This document shows positions 35,809 through 50,269 of a stretch of DNA of 64,000 bases, piece after piece (within the stretch, counting starts at the first letter, position 1; each line of letters opens with the position of its first letter). Source of the DNA: Camelus ferus (Eukaryota); contig NC_045697.1 of NCBI RefSeq assembly GCF_009834535.1, forward strand, positions 15,626,001-15,690,000. The letters run 5' to 3'. The notes under the pieces are model-generated. The model was not told the origin of the DNA. It did no database searches and saw nothing but the letters and a program-made list of their open reading frames with translations. The position numbers and the translations under genes are program-made.

Positions 35809-38737
35809 TTCTAGAAAGGATACAATAACCAGAAGCTGAGTATTTAAAAAGTGAAACAATAAGCTGACAAGTAAGATCAAGGAAGAAAAACATTAAGAAT
35901 ACTGAAAATAAAAAACGTAACTGTCAATACAGAAGTCATTATGTTTTAAAACAAGCAAATAGAAGAATTTTACATTAAAAAAAAAACCAAAAAACCACTG
36001 TAGATAACAATGTAGTAAACTAGCCTGAAAGGTGCATGCCTCACTCACATATTTAAAACCAAAGCACAGTAAGGAGACTGGAACACATAACCAACTCTAA
36101 TCTTCATATACTTTCTCATCTTCTGAAATGAATATATGACTATCGTTTTCATAAGAGAAATCACTATCACAAACATGGAACAACACTTAAGGTGCCTGAC
36201 CAACAACCTTCAGCTTTTTTTTTTTAAAGACCCCAGTAAACACATCACTTAGATCTGGCAGTTTGATGCCTTTCAGCACCCACCCTAAGACAACAGAGTA
36301 CTAGCTTGTGTTGGCTAGATTCAATCACAGGTTATCTTAGTTATGAAAAAAATCCACAGCAGAGTAACTTTTTGGACGTAATAAAACTCAATTTAATTAT
36401 TTGTCCTATTAAGCTATACCCATTTTAGGATACCTAAGTATAATTTTATGCAGTGGTAGTTAACTTAAAATGAAGCCCTTAAGTCTCAAGACGTCTTGAT
36501 ACAGCAATAAACAGTGAAAGCTGCAGCCTGCAGTTCAAGTTTCCAAAGAAGTAGAGATGTCTAGTACTGCATTGTAGGTGATACTCCATTTATATCTCAA
36601 TTGTTCAATCCCAAATAACTTTCCTCTGTTTCTCCAATTTATACCTAATAAGTTGCCATCATTTGTTTCCAAAGATAATTAAAACTTCATCTCCTATATC
36701 AGCCAGTGAAAGTGACCACAATCTCCTTCAAACTAAGTTTTTAGGTTAGTAACTAAATTACTCAGGTGATTTTTTGTTTTCTTTTTAAGGACCTCTTCCT
36801 TAGCTTCTGAGATCATAAGAATGTTACATTTCCTAGTTCTGTAACAGTATACCCTAGCTTTGCAACGATTGTGCAACAGTTTCATCTCTATTTTCTCACT
36901 TGTGCACACAAACTTTGCAGGTTCAACAGGGCAAGTATCATCCTCCAGTTTAATGAAAAAGAGCCTGTGATTAATAACTCATGAACCATGTCCACTTCCA
37001 GTCCGCAACAAGATGCTCCCCCCTCAGAATATACCAAAGCGGCAGACCACTCCTCCCACACGGCGGCAAACATGGTGAAACGCATGGGCACCACACTTCT
37101 GGGCACCACACTGCTCCTCCCGAGCCGAGATGTGTGCAGAAGTCCCTCACACAAAACAGAGCAGCATGGGAATAAAAACGAATTACATGATGGCAAAACC
37201 TTTTTCAGTGTCGACATTCCAAACGTCATTCCAATTACTCCAGTGACCTGAAACATCCACCTTCCATGGATGACTCCTAATCATGTGGGCACCTAACCTG
37301 TGATTATAAATCAACAAGGGACAGCAGCATTACCACACAGCCGGGATTCAGACAGCCTCTCCCAGGGCTAGAAAAATTCATCATGGGAAGCAGGCTGTGG
37401 CCCAAAGACACAATCAAGCAGGAAGACAGTTCATTAGAAATTGTGGTCTGAAGTTCAGATATCATCAGCTGCTCCGCTGACCTGAATCCCATACGTATAT
37501 ACACACAGCTGATTTTCTTTCTTTCAACAGCTACATCTTATCAAGTAAAGTACCTAACGTACAGGGCTGCAGTTTTAAAACTTATCACCAAAATGTAAGA
37601 TATTAATAGATATTATACAAAAAAAAATCCCTTGGTTTAATGGTTTAGGAAAACAAGGCATATTATTTACCTTTTAGCACATTAATGTATCTGAGATGTC
37701 TCACATAAAGAAATATATTAGACTTTGTTTAATCCAGTCTTTCCCCCAGTTACATACTGAGTACTTTTGAAATAACCATGACCGGGCAACACTGTGCTGG
37801 AAAGTAAATGTGATAGAGCAGAAAACTTCTGGGTTAGACACCCAAGGTGCTCGGGTTCTGTTTTCAGCCCTCCACTAACCCAACGAATAACCTTAGGTTA
37901 AATCGCTTCATTCTCTCTTTGGGCTTCAGTTTAAGACCTGATCTAGGTTTCTTCTGACTTCTAAAGTTCATTTTTTTATGTAGCTGATTTTATCACAAGG
38001 GAAAACTGTCTACATAAAGCCCTCACATAGCTTGAAAATTAAAAGTTTAATAAGAACACAGTAATCTGCACTGAAAAGCTTATTCAAAACATTATTTGCT
38101 GCCTCATTCATTCTGAAAACTGTGGTTGTCAATGTTTTCCCCTAAAGAGTATCACGTGGATAAGCATAGCAGAATTTAATGTGGCCCCTTGTCGAAGTCA
38201 CTAAATGTTGGTAACTTGTATATGTTAATCATTTGGAAATTTTTTTTAAAAATTCCTAAAATAGTCATTTCCCTAGGACACTCCAAAAGCAATTAGGCAA
38301 TTGAACATAAGATCTGGGTGGCTAAACTCTCATTAAGAAGGATGAGCATATGGTAGTATGCAGAAGAGAAGTCCCAAGCAGTCTGAGGGAAGGCGTGAGC
38401 GAACCCTGGGGTATTGGGAGAATTTAATTAAAAATGTGCATGAATGCAATTTGGAAAAAAAAAATGTGGATGCAGTAAGTCACACTCCTGTGGGCTGGCT
38501 CCGCCTTATCACAATCTCCGAGAACTGAGAGTTCACCCCCACTCCTCCCAACAACAAATCACTCTACTAGACGGAGCAGAGGTTTCCTTCTCATGACAAC
38601 TTCGGAAATGAAAAGATACACTAATTTCAAATACAGCAAACATAAACCGCTTTTAACATACAGAGTCAACCCTCACGTGACCATCGACTGACCCCCCCCA
38701 CCCCCACCCCGCGCCACAAATCTGAACCAGAAAATAC

Positions 38738-38893
38738 CTCTTTTGATTTTTCCTCTTTGGTAAATCTTCCAAATTTTTCTATCATTTCAGCCACAAAGAT
38801 AACATCCATCTTGTCAGAAAAGTTGGCTGCTTCCACAGTGTAAGCCAGTAATTGTCGGGCGGTGGCCACAGCATTGGTAAGGTTGAGGGGCAT
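38738..38893 (-). CDS. ADGRA3: ADGRA3 exon 10 (156 nt, GAIN domain)
   Basis: tag|...|gtattt; [52 protein letters not shown]. Confidence 0.96.
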
Positions 38894-39828
38894 CTATGTG
38901 AAAAAGAGGCAGAAAGAAGCACTTGGCAAAGTGATCGGCAAAACTGGGACATCTTACTTCCATTTCAGAACATGGCAAGAAATGCAAACTCCATCATTTA
39001 CTCACCATGACCTTCTTAAAATGCTTTTCCAGAACTGAGAAAATGGGAACTTTACTGGAAACTAACCTGAAGGAATTTTTGTTTAACTTGGATTGAAATA
39101 TAACAATACATAAAAACACATCGGGTAAACACACTGCGCTGGCTCTTCCTCTCTACCTATCCGAATTCTAGACATACTCAATTCCAATTCCTTAGTACCG
39201 CCTTCCCTGAATATTCCAGCTGGGAGGGATCAATATCTCCCCTGGAGCTTCTGCCACACGCGAGAACGAACCACTTTTTTACCACTTATCTGTACTGCCA
39301 TGCAGTGCCAGTAATGTTTTACATTTGTTTCTATGTTGACTTAAACACGACTCAGCACCAACCATTACAAAAAGGGCATGTCAGGCGCAAAGAAGCATTC
39401 AAAGATGGGTAACACAGAAACCACCTGCTAACTGCTTATAATCTAGGGTTTAAAGAAGACACACAGAAGCAGAGATAAGAAAAGGCACGTGAACAGTACA
39501 ACAAGGGATCACTGGTGACAGAGCCCTTATAAAAAAAAACTCAAGAGGAGGCTTCCCCAGTGCACTTGAAGGATGGCTGGGATTTTGTCTGGGACACAGA
39601 TGATGAAACTATTCAAAGACAGAAAGTCTGGCAGTGACTAGAAAGAAAGAGTCATGCCACAGAGGGCCTGGAATATTGGTTAAAAAGAGCGGGTCTGGTC
39701 CCAAAGGCACAGTCAACTGAAGTATAAACACCAAATCCTCATGCTTTACTAGTATTAAAAAAATCTTATCTGATGTGAATACCATGTCTTATTGGCAACC
39801 TCAGCACATCCGAAGACGTTCGAGTTAC

Positions 39829-40030
39829 CTGATTGAACATGTAAAGAACTCTAGTGACGTCGTTGGCGTACTGGCAGCGAGAATAGTCGTCATCTGCCCA
39901 AAAGCCCCCTCTGTCACACCGGCGCCAGGCCTTCCTCTCGTCCTGCGCGTTCCCGGGATAGATCCCACTGCCGTGGGTGTTCCGCGCACACTGCACATAC
40001 GCGGTGATGCCTGCCAGCGTCCGGGGCCAC
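39829..40030 (-). CDS. ADGRA3: ADGRA3 exon 9 (202 nt, hormone-receptor domain)
   Basis: tag|...|gtaact; WPRTLAGITAYVQCARNTHGSGIYPGNAQDERKAWRRCDRGGFWADDDYSRCQYANDVTRVLYMFNQ. Confidence 0.96.
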
Positions 40031-40460
40031 CTAGAGGGACGACGACAAGAGGGCATAAGGAAACCCACACGGACACAGTAGCAGCAGAGGAGAAGCAAGG
40101 GTCAGGGCACGTCACTCACGCATAATCAGAGAAAACCAAGGAGAAGAAACAAACTCCTTTAACAATAAAGGCCAAAAGTATTTTTCAAAAAGTTAAAATG
40201 ACTAAGCCATTTTAAGCTATCAGCCGAGTATATTTTAATACCATAACGGAATATTTTCATAATCTATTCTAAGTATGAATTGACAGGGAAATTGTATCTT
40301 TATCCAGTGGGGTTAAAAAAAAAAACAGTGCAACAAATGGTTTTGTGTCTCTTTCTACCTCCTGTTACTATATTACTGGCTTATGTAACCATTCGGCATA
40401 TAAGGTCAGAACCTTGTCCAATATAAGCAGAATTTGCCTTTTCCAGAAGCAGAGTTACTA

Positions 40461-41005
40461 TACGTGCAGAAAAGAGTTAACCACAGCAGGTCCCAGGTGG
40501 CTATCCTTACAGAGGCCTGCTTGCAATGCTGGCCCCTCAGTGGCATCTAGGAATCTGGGACTTGGGGTGTGCCCAGTTAACTGGTACGGGCGAGTCACTG
40601 TACCGAGACTGTTTAGACAAGCAATATGGTTCATGCTGAACACCTGCTTTACCCCTGGGGGTCTGAAATGCTGATATGATGTAGGCAGAGGATGTCTGTA
40701 TGAACAGCTCCCAGTAAGAACTTTGGGTGCTGAGTCTCCAAAGGGCTTCCCTAGGCACAAATGCTCCATAGAGGTTGCTGCCTTTTCAAGGCTGAAGGAG
40801 GAGCAGGCTCTGTGTGATCCTCTTGGGAGGGAGACACAATCAAGAACCTTGAACTTGGATCTCTCCAGAACCCACCTGTGTCTTTTCCCCTTATGATCCA
40901 GCTATGTGTATTACTATATCGCTGTAACTACAAATATATGCTAAGTCCCGTGAGCCCTTTCAGGAGCCTCTGCACTTGGGGTGGTCCTGCACACATCCAA
41001 TACCA
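40461..41005 (+). mobile_element. MER68-like ERVL solo LTR
   Basis: gaaaagagttaaccacagcagg...ctatccttacagaggcctgcttgcaa...tatggttcatgctgaacacctgcttt...gggtgctgagtctc..aagggcttccct. Confidence 0.75.
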
Positions 41006-42660
41006 CATACAACTGAATTTACCTGGGAGAAGCCCAGATAAATTGTATAGTCACTGTGCAAGTGACAATGCCAACCTGCTGGATGAAGCAGCACTAACTG
41101 GATTGGGAGAAATCTTTGTAATTTTGGTTCCATTTCTCCAAAACTAGGAATGAAAATGAACATATTTAATAAAAGTTATAGCTGACTCATAACATTTGAA
41201 CTGCTAGATTATAGTGTCAGCCACATGAAAATAGAATGCATTATCAAAAACTATATAAATAGATCAAGCAACACAAAACTAAACCTTATTAATGCAGTGG
41301 AAGTTTAACTGTATAATATCCTAAGGAGAGTCAAAAGATAAATAATTCATTCATCGGTTAAATAAATCAGATTCTCCTTCTATTTTTAAAAACAGAAAAT
41401 ACCCCAAAACTACAAGTAAAAACAGTAAGTTCACCATAAGCAAAAAACATACTATGATTATTTAATAAAGGTGTTAACATAATAAAATGAACAATTATTC
41501 ATTTCACTTTAAAGTAGACAATAAAAATATTATAGATTAACAGTTAATCCACATAAAAGACTTATCCACTGGCAATAATAAATTGATTTCCATAGACTCA
41601 TATCAAGGAGAATTTTTAAAAGAAGAAGGAGAGGACAAAAGACAAAAAAAAAAAAAAAAATCAATGATGAACTAGCTGAGCTAAAGTTGTTATTGCTTCT
41701 CCACCTTGGACTTGAAAGATGAACACCAAAGGGTTTTTTTTTTTCTTATCCTGCACAATTGGGCTTAGAGCTACCAGGCAGTAATACCACCAGTCAGACA
41801 GTGTAAACTGGGTATCCCGTAATCTTTCCACTACTTTAAAGAGCTACCAATTTCCCTTCATTTATATCAACTATTAAGTCATTACTAAAACTCTGAACAT
41901 GAAGAACTTTAGCTAAATAATATATTTAAAGATAGTGTTTAACAGCACCTTTGAAGTTAAGGGGAATCTATGCTAAAAGGCGTTACCTCTCACAAACTCT
42001 AAACTCTCAACTAAAAAAAAAAAAAAAAAAAAAAAATCGTAGTATTTAACTCATTCTGCTGATCTTAAGTGTCCGGCGCCAATGGCTCCCCAACTTTCAG
42101 GCCACCCAGCAGCTCTCATTTCCCAAAGCCCCCTTATTTAACTACCAGAAGAACCAGATGGGGGAGGAAGACTGGACATGTTTCTGCTAATTGTGATGTC
42201 TACTCAACTGTCCAAGGTGAAAAGTGAACTGGCACTACAAATCCTTCCACAGGTCACCCAAAAAAGCCCTCGAAAAAACAGGAAATGCCATTAGCCTGTC
42301 TCAGTTTCACACTGTTTTAGTAGAATTTCCAAAGTGTTTCCCCAAAGTAGTGGTTCTTAGCTTTTACAACAAAATCACTTGATAAAAATCTACACTTCTG
42401 GGTTCATTTTCAGAGACTCATGAATCAACAGATCTGAGATAAAGTTAAGGCACCTGTATTTATTTTTAATCTCCAAAATGATTCTGAAATCACTGTTCTA
42501 AAGGGTAGTCTTTAGATATATAAGGGTACCTATGTGAATAAACATACATTTCTTAGATTCTCTTACTGAGGACAGGAGGCAAATTATATATGTCCATGCC
42601 TTTGAGAATAAAAAGACGTGGGGCCAATCAGCCCCTTTCAGCACACGCCATGTCACTGAC

Positions 42661-42825
42661 CTGAAATCCCCTTTATTATTTACCACCCTCTCAGGAGGAC
42701 AGTACTGTGCAGAGCTTTCTAAGACCACAATATCGACCGTCCTGGTATTGTTCCCGCGTTTGGTCTGGACGTGACAGCCCCAATTTCCAGTCGATCCAGC
42801 CTGAATATTAGAAATGGTCAAGGCA
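42661..42825 (-). CDS. ADGRA3: ADGRA3 exon 8 (165 nt, end of Ig domain, start of HormR domain)
   Basis: cag|...|gtcagt; ALTISNIQAGSTGNWGCHVQTKRGNNTRTVDIVVLESSAQYCPPERVVNNKGDF(R). Confidence 0.96.
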
Positions 42826-43884
42826 CTGCATGAAGAAAGAGTTCAAAGAGAGAGAAAAGATGGTTAGGCACGAAGGGAGACAACATGGGCTTCGACCATT
42901 CATTTAGCAAACGTGTCTGAGCGTGTGCTGTGGGCCAAGAGCTTGCTAGATAAAAACGAGCAAAAGCATGACCCTCCATTTAAGTACTTCAGCGTCAAGT
43001 CAAGACAGGCAGGTAAAGAGAGACCTGAAATACCATGGTCAGAGCTGTGGCAAGAGTGAACGAGGGGCACTGGGACTTCTCCAGAGAACCGGAGAGCAGG
43101 ACACCGGAGGAAGGGGGACCAAGTGCCAAGGCAGAAACATCACGGCACTTCCCCCAGCAAAACTAATGGAGACGTTTCCAACTTACACCTAGCTTTTCGG
43201 ATTCTAGGGAAAACATTCAAGCATGAAGGAGATTAACGTTATGAAGTGCATAACTCATATTTAAGATGAAATATTTTGTGGAAAGGGGGTTATGCTAGTA
43301 ACAACCTGTTAGGTCCCTCAAAAGATTTAGTAAATTGCCAATTAATGCTTTAACCAAAGTAGTTTTCCACTTCAACTTATAGCACAGCTGTGTTTCTAAA
43401 TAGCTGTCAGAAAATTCAGCTTTCAAGATGAAACCGTAATTCTCCAATAGGAAACCTAGTAATTAAAGAGCAAATGTCAGAACCTTCAATTAACCTTTAT
43501 TATCCTGACATGATCTACTATACTTTGCTTTTATGAAGATACAAATAAGAAATCATTAGACATAAAGCATCCATCATTTTAATTAGCGTATAAAATTATG
43601 TCTTGAGGTCAATATACATATTTCCAGGTTCCTAAATCATTAATGGCTACACAACAATGTTCTGATAAAAGACTCTGAGGCACTGCGATTCTGAATCAAA
43701 GAAAGTGTTCATCACTTTCACGAAGGCAGTAAACAAACTAATACATTGTAATAAATATGTTCAAGATAAAATGACAAGAAGAGTTTGACATTAGATTTAA
43801 ATTACCAGAAAGACTGTCAAACATTCTACTTTATATGACTCTACTGAACTAGGAAGAAGTAGATAAATAAATTTTGACAATAAA

Positions 43885-44420
43885 AAGCATTTTCCAATCC
43901 AGGTCCTCACACTTTCAGGACCTTCCCTGACTAGATAAACTTTTCACGGTGCCTCAGGCCTAAAAATACCTATGGTGGGTCCACTGACTAAATGAAATCC
44001 CCAAACTGTGTATACATGTCCTAATGACTTATTAACCAAAAAATAACACACATCAATGTAAAAATAAATACTTCATTCTTAACCATGACTACTTCTTAAT
44101 GGGTTGTGTGTGCCTGTTGGGCACTCCAAAACTAATCAAGCATTGGGTACAGATCAGACGACGATATCCGTATTTCTTGCTTCACACTGATTTTCACAGT
44201 GCTCTGAACCACGGTAATTGCCAAAGTCCCATCAGCGTAAAGTACGGCACCAGCAAAAAGGATGTAGCATGATCTAACATCAACACCCTAACTGCCCAGA
44301 GCTGGGAGCTGTATGTTATCTGACCAATGTCAGTATCACACTCAAACACTTAAAGTACCCAACGCACCTCTGTGTACTCCCAGTGGTGCCCTGGGGCACG
44401 TTAGCATATCCTTTGGGAAA
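43885..44420. mobile_element. hAT-Charlie element (MER119-like)
   Basis: Terminal-like motifs ...ggtgccctggggcac...tttgggaa and cacggtgcc; family assignment from memory. Confidence 0.45.
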
Positions 44421-45683
44421 AATAATCCTAATATATTTTGCAAATTTTTTTTAAAGATAACTTTTAGCAATACCTTCAATATCTAAAACCAATGAGCAAA
44501 ATAAAAATTTTTCAGGAATCTCCAACACAACATACTCGAAGATTTAAGAAGAAAAGACGTTGCTCAGTTTTACCTTTTAGGAAAACTACAAACTTTGATT
44601 CTTACTAATGTAGGATCAGTGACATAAAGAGACCAATGAAGAAACATGAGAAATATGTGGTCAACCAATTCAATAACCATGTATTTCCTTCTTCTACAAC
44701 TTCTTTATTTTGGGGGGCTAACTCTGGTTAAAGAACTTCTCAGCTTTCCATATGAAAGATGTTCACTTTTGTTAAGTGTCCCCACCAACAACAACAAAAC
44801 ATATTAGTCAAAGTTGCGATCCTTAGAATTTTTTGTCATGCTAAAAAAATACAGGCTAAAAATGACTTACAGAAATAAATTTATAAAGTAAATTTAGTAA
44901 CCTTACAGTTACAAAATTTAAGAGTTCTAAATTGAAGCTCTTTTATTCAGAAAAAGGCTCTATTGTATTTTCAAAGCTTTATTGTTGTGTTATATGGCAT
45001 TTATTGTCTCCTTAGGCAATAAATTGCTTAAAGTGTACAATCTGGTAAGTTTTGACACTGTATACACTTGTGAAATTATCACCACAGTAAAAATAATGTA
45101 ACAATTAGAATCTTCTCACTGGGGCTTAAATGTTTTAAGTGCAAAAAGCATATAAAAATCTCTCCTAACAATCTTGTCCCCTAAGAAAGGAACTCTGCTT
45201 CTGATAACAGCAGAACAACTCCTATCAAACCGCCCTCCCTGCAGTTAACAATTAGAAGCTGTGGACAAACTACAACATGACAACTATCCAAACACACGGA
45301 GAGTGTGATCCAAAGCAAGCAGGAACTAAAGAGGAGCTGACACTAAGAAGTGATTGGCACTGGGGAGTAACCGGGGAATTTTTTTTGATGGCTTTTGCCC
45401 AAGGGCAGGAACTATTCAAATAGAAACTCACAGTCTTACTGGTTGAAAAATCAGAGGACAGAGGTAGAAAGGAACCTGGCTGGAAGCCTAAACTTCTGCA
45501 TATAAAATTCACCCAGCTCTCTAACTGACCCCTGAACTACATGCAGACAGGGCAAACACCAAGCAGACTTCAGCTGCTGCCTACTACAGACAAGCCAGAT
45601 CTAGTAGTTAGAGTTTAACCAAGCTAACTGCTTGATGAAACAAAAATCACCTCTCCTGAGGAGACTATAACAGAATCCAGAGT

Positions 45684-45868
45684 TAGGAGTCAGTAAACTT
45701 TTTCTTCAGAAGGCAGCTAGTAAATATTTCAGCCTTTGCAGACGAAGAAGCACCACTGAGAACACTATGTAGGTATTTATATAACCATTTGAAATCTAAC
45801 CATTTAAAACTGTAAAGAGAACATTTATAGGCCAGATTTGGCCCGTAAGCTGTTCTTTGCCAACTTCT
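45684..45868. mobile_element. MER58-type hAT element inside an old L1 fragment
   Basis: aggagtcagtaaactttttc...tagtaaatatttcagcctttgcag...ggccagatttggcccgtaagctg..tttgccaac. Confidence 0.75.
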
Positions 45869-46964
45869 CTACAGCAAGTCATTCACAATGTCTAGGATAC
45901 AGTCCAACATTAGCAGACATAGAAACATTTTTCTATATAGGAAAATATAAACCATACTCATAAGAAAATGATCAGGGTGATTGATCCCATGATCACCCAG
46001 ATACTGGAATAAGCAGGCAAGGATTTAAGGAGTACCTATTATAAATGTTCAAAGACATAAATGAAAATATGCTTATAATAAACAGATAAGAAATCTCAAA
46101 AGAGAACGAGAAATTATAAAATAGAATAATCAACCCCCCAAATTTCCAGGAACAAGTCTTAACTCAGAGAACTTTCCATTTCTTGGTAAATTTTTTCATG
46201 GTACTTCTGTGAATTTGCTGTACTACTTCCCCAAGGTGCCCCAGCAGAGAGCTGGGAAACTACGGGTTTATTCTTAAATATTCCAGCTGAGGTATATCTT
46301 TAAGAAATTGGTAAGAAGGAAAGAGAGAGAGACAGCCAGAAAAAGGTATGGAGACATACACAGAGGCAGAGAGAAGGAAAGAGATAATTCAATGCCTATA
46401 AATTAATATTTTACCAAAATTAAATATGGTGAATGATAATATCATACATAATATTTTAATCCTGTTCTTTGTACTTTAAGTTCATTTGAATTAACCATTT
46501 TAGTGCTCACACCAATCACGAAGTTGACAAACAGGTATTATTATATTCTTTTATACCAGTGGTATGAATAAAGGAAGTATCTTAAATTGTAACATTAATC
46601 ACAGAACAGTGAAAATCAGGTGATTTTCTAAAAGTGAAATTCTGAGCTTATTAAGTGGTAGGAAGTTGTTAGAAATTAAGTTTGGCACTAAATGTTTATA
46701 TTTTTTCCTCCTAAATCTTTAAACAAAGTCTCCAGTTGTTAACAGAGTTTCCCTTTTATCCTGTGGCTTTTTCCTTACAAAACTGGATATAAAAGATAGC
46801 TATTTAATTTTAGAAAATAAGCAACAACCAGGAAAAGGAATGTAAGATGTCTGTTTTTTAAATGCAAGAAGATAAAATATTAATTCAAACTGCAGCTAAA
46901 TATTACAATTCTGGGATGATAAATAAAATCCACAGAGACAACTCCTCGTCTAAAAAAGGTTTAC

Positions 46965-47178
46965 CTTGCAATCAACGAGCAGTTGTGAATCATGTTCTTT
47001 TCAACAAAGATACCTTGAGATTCATCAGTTTCAACTATTCGCCCATCCTGATACCATAACACCTGCATGTCTTGATCAATATATGAAGCCATGCACTGGA
47101 AAGGAAGGCTGTCTCCTTCAAACACAACTTGACGATGAGATGGAGTCATGTAGAAAGATGGTAATTCAAGGGGAGGAT
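46965..47178 (-). CDS. ADGRA3: ADGRA3 exon 7 (214 nt, Ig-like domain, first part)
   Basis: tag|...|gtaaac; PPLELPSFYMTPSHRQVVFEGDSLPFQCMASYIDQDMQVLWYQDGRIVETDESQGIFVEKNMIHNCSLIA. Confidence 0.96.
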
Positions 47179-47713
47179 CTAGAGGCAGTTAAACAAAGAC
47201 TCGGTCAACAAACGTAATACTATATTCACACTCTAGAATTAAAAGTTACAAGAATTCTAATTACAATTTTTTAAGTGGAAAGAACCAGCATTACCAGCAT
47301 CTACAAAACTGTTGCTGAACTAAGTGGGTCCAAGATGAAAACAAAATTGAGTAAAACTGAAACGAAACCATTTCATATCATTTCTGACACTTAGCTGTCC
47401 CCTTCTGGCGGTATCATAAGACTATCAGATGATCACAGAAACAACACTTGAAGAACAAATTATAAAATGATACTTAAATCTGGAGAAAGGAACTGGTGAT
47501 ATGTAAATGCTGAACTATTTACATATTACGTTTTGGAGGCTTTTTTTATTCCAGCTGACTTAACTGTTGGCAGCACTAAATATTATCAGCTCCATGAAGA
47601 CTGACAGTTGTCACTGGTGCCAGTGTATAAAGAGAATTCTAAAGGTGGTCAGGAGAAACACGGCAGCAAAGTGAACAGAGTTAACGCTTTCTCGGTTTTT
47701 CCTTCTACCTTAC

Positions 47714-47874
47714 CGCATGTCAGCAACTCCTGCTTCACACCTGTGACCGGCTGGGCCTGCAGAGACTTAGGGTAAACACACCGTGTGTCCCGCACTGTGA
47801 TGTTTCTCTCCTTCACCCAGCGATGCATCCACAGTATGTTACAATCACACAACAGATACTCAGTCTGAAACTCT
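47714..47874 (-). CDS. ADGRA3: ADGRA3 exon 6 (161 nt, LRR C-terminal cap)
   Basis: cag|...|gtaagg; EFQTEYLLCDCNILWMHRWVKERNITVRDTRCVYPKSLQAQPVTGVKQELLTC (LRRCT cysteine pattern). Confidence 0.96.
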
Positions 47875-50197
47875 CTGCAGCATACAAAATACAACGTAGA
47901 GGTTATGGTGAATGAATTAACCAGCATTTTCGCCTTACACTGGTTTTCCCTTTGTGGGGCAAGCGTATTGCTGCTCACCCTCACCATGCTAGGGCACGTC
48001 CTGCACCATCAGCTGGTTATGTCTCCTTTTCAATGAGATGATGTGGCATGTCTGACTCCAGGACTCTTCCCCATTGATCCTGGGACTGACTCTGCTTTCA
48101 ATCAAAGTTGGTATGTGAACAAATCTGTTTCTCATCCCTCTTCTATGCCACAAACTCCTGATGCCCAGGGTACGGGAATACCAAATCTCCACCCTTTTTG
48201 TCTATCAAACGTCTACCTATTCATCATAAAGTCCGTGCCACTAACAGTGGATCCTGAAGCCTTCCCAGTTTTTCCAGCCTTACTGCCATGTTCTTGGCTT
48301 AAATGCCTGCAAGCTCTATTAACTGTGGCAACATAAAGAAACATATGACTGTTTTGCATGGTTATAGTCTGTCTGTCTGAGTAGAGAATAAATTCCTTAG
48401 GGTGGGGACTATTTCTGACACTTCTACTATGCACCAAGGGATAACCATAAATGTTAACTAACTTAAGGGACATAGACTCAATCAAAATATAAACATAAGA
48501 ACACCTTACACTTGATATGAAAGAAAATAGAGAATTATCTTTACATGAGGCAGGAGGTTTTAAGATGTGGCATTCAGATGTAAGAAACAGTGAGGATATT
48601 TCTTGAATACTTGCTTTACGAAGCACTAGCTATTCATGTGCCACGTTACCCTAAATCCAGCTAATAAAAATAAATACAGACGCTGTCCTCTGTCAACCTG
48701 GAGGGCATTACGTAATAGGAGGAACAAAATGTAAATACAACCAAAATAGAATGCAATGCATTCTATATAAATAAATAAACCAAGTGCAAAGAGTATATAT
48801 AACCACGTGTGCTTCTAACACAGACTGTGCACATCTAACACAGGCTCCATCTCATCAGCTTGGGCAAAAAAAGGTCGAGTGGGGATCCCAGTGGGACACA
48901 ACAAGGAGAAAATAAAATTCAAAACCAATACCAGGAGGATGACTGACTGACTCCTCGTCCCTAAGCACCACCTTCTGGTCAGTTTCCAGCACTATCCATC
49001 ATAAACACTAGCAATTTTGCCCAATTTGGGGATGAAAATAGTTCCTATGTTCCTGCTACCCAAAGTCTCAAAAGCCAGATAATTTCTTACAGTCTTTACT
49101 TCCTAAACTTCACAGAAACGGCTGACTTGAGCCCACTAGATATGCCAAAGGGAGACGTTTTCACTAAAAAGCAGCCTTCTGGATAACAATGGTAGATGCA
49201 CCAAAAAGACCAGAAAGAGTCTGATGCAGTGTGACTCTAGACGTGAGTATATTGCATCTGCCACTGATGGTGAGGAGCCAGACAAACGCCTAACCTATCA
49301 ACTACATCCCAGTGAGAACTGCTCAAGGAGACTGAAATGATAGATTTAGAAAAGGAAAAGTGAGGAGGCAGGGAGGGAAGGGGAAAATGAAAGAGGAGGG
49401 GAAGGGAGGAGAGGAAAGAAGTCAGCATACATCAAACAGAGGCATCTGGCAGAGAAGACATTTTTCACTGGAAAAGGAGACTCAAGCCCATAAGTTATAC
49501 TCAATAAAAATTTGAAAAACATTATCCTTAACTGTAATTCCAATAGGAATTAGTGTAACTTATACTCAGAAATAGATTAAAGTTTATCTGAGAATACAGT
49601 TACCTTCAAAAGGAACTCATACAATCTCTTACATAACAAAACCGTGTCTTGAGGTCGGGTTAGGGGTGGGGAGCATATTAGCCAATTGTAAAGCTAAAGA
49701 GAACTGTGTAAATACGACCTTACACTGACTTCATATAGCAGGCATTCTACATCGGCATGCCTAGAAATGTCAGTAATAAGTTATGAATTCAGTTTGGGGA
49801 AGGGGTTACAGGATTAAAATTAAGTCCCTAAAGCATAACATAGTCTTAACTATAAATTCTTCACAAGGAGAATGCTTTGGTGATTTAATTAGGCAAACAA
49901 AATATTTTCTAGCTTGTAAACACAGTCGAAGAGAAAGAATTTCCAATTGATTTACTCTAAATATAAATCAAGGAGAGACAGTATTCTAAGGAGAAAACGG
50001 TTGTCCCAGCCTGAGAAGCATCATTAAGGGTTACAGTATGTTTCTCAGTGTGCATGCAAGCTCTCCAGGGAGATTCTAATTTTTGCAGAATCACAAGATT
50101 TTCCCCATGAGGTCTCTTAAGCCACATAATAACTGTTTTTAATTTTCAAAAACTAAGATAATATTTATCAAAACAAGAGGAAAAAAATCTTACTTAC

Positions 50198-50269
50198 AAA
50201 GACCGTAATGAACCAAGATAATCAAAAGTTCCTTGAGATAATGAAGAAAACAAATTCCCTGAAAGGTTT
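50198..50269 (-). CDS. ADGRA3: ADGRA3 exon 5 (72 nt, LRR)
   Basis: cag|...|gtaagt; encodes NLSGNLFSSLSQGTFDYLGSLRS(L). Confidence 0.95.

Noticed and set aside
39775..40125. Overlapping ORFs around exon 9, and likewise 46862-47217 and 8546-8909
   Set aside because: Antisense or alternate-frame shadows of true ADGRA3 exons
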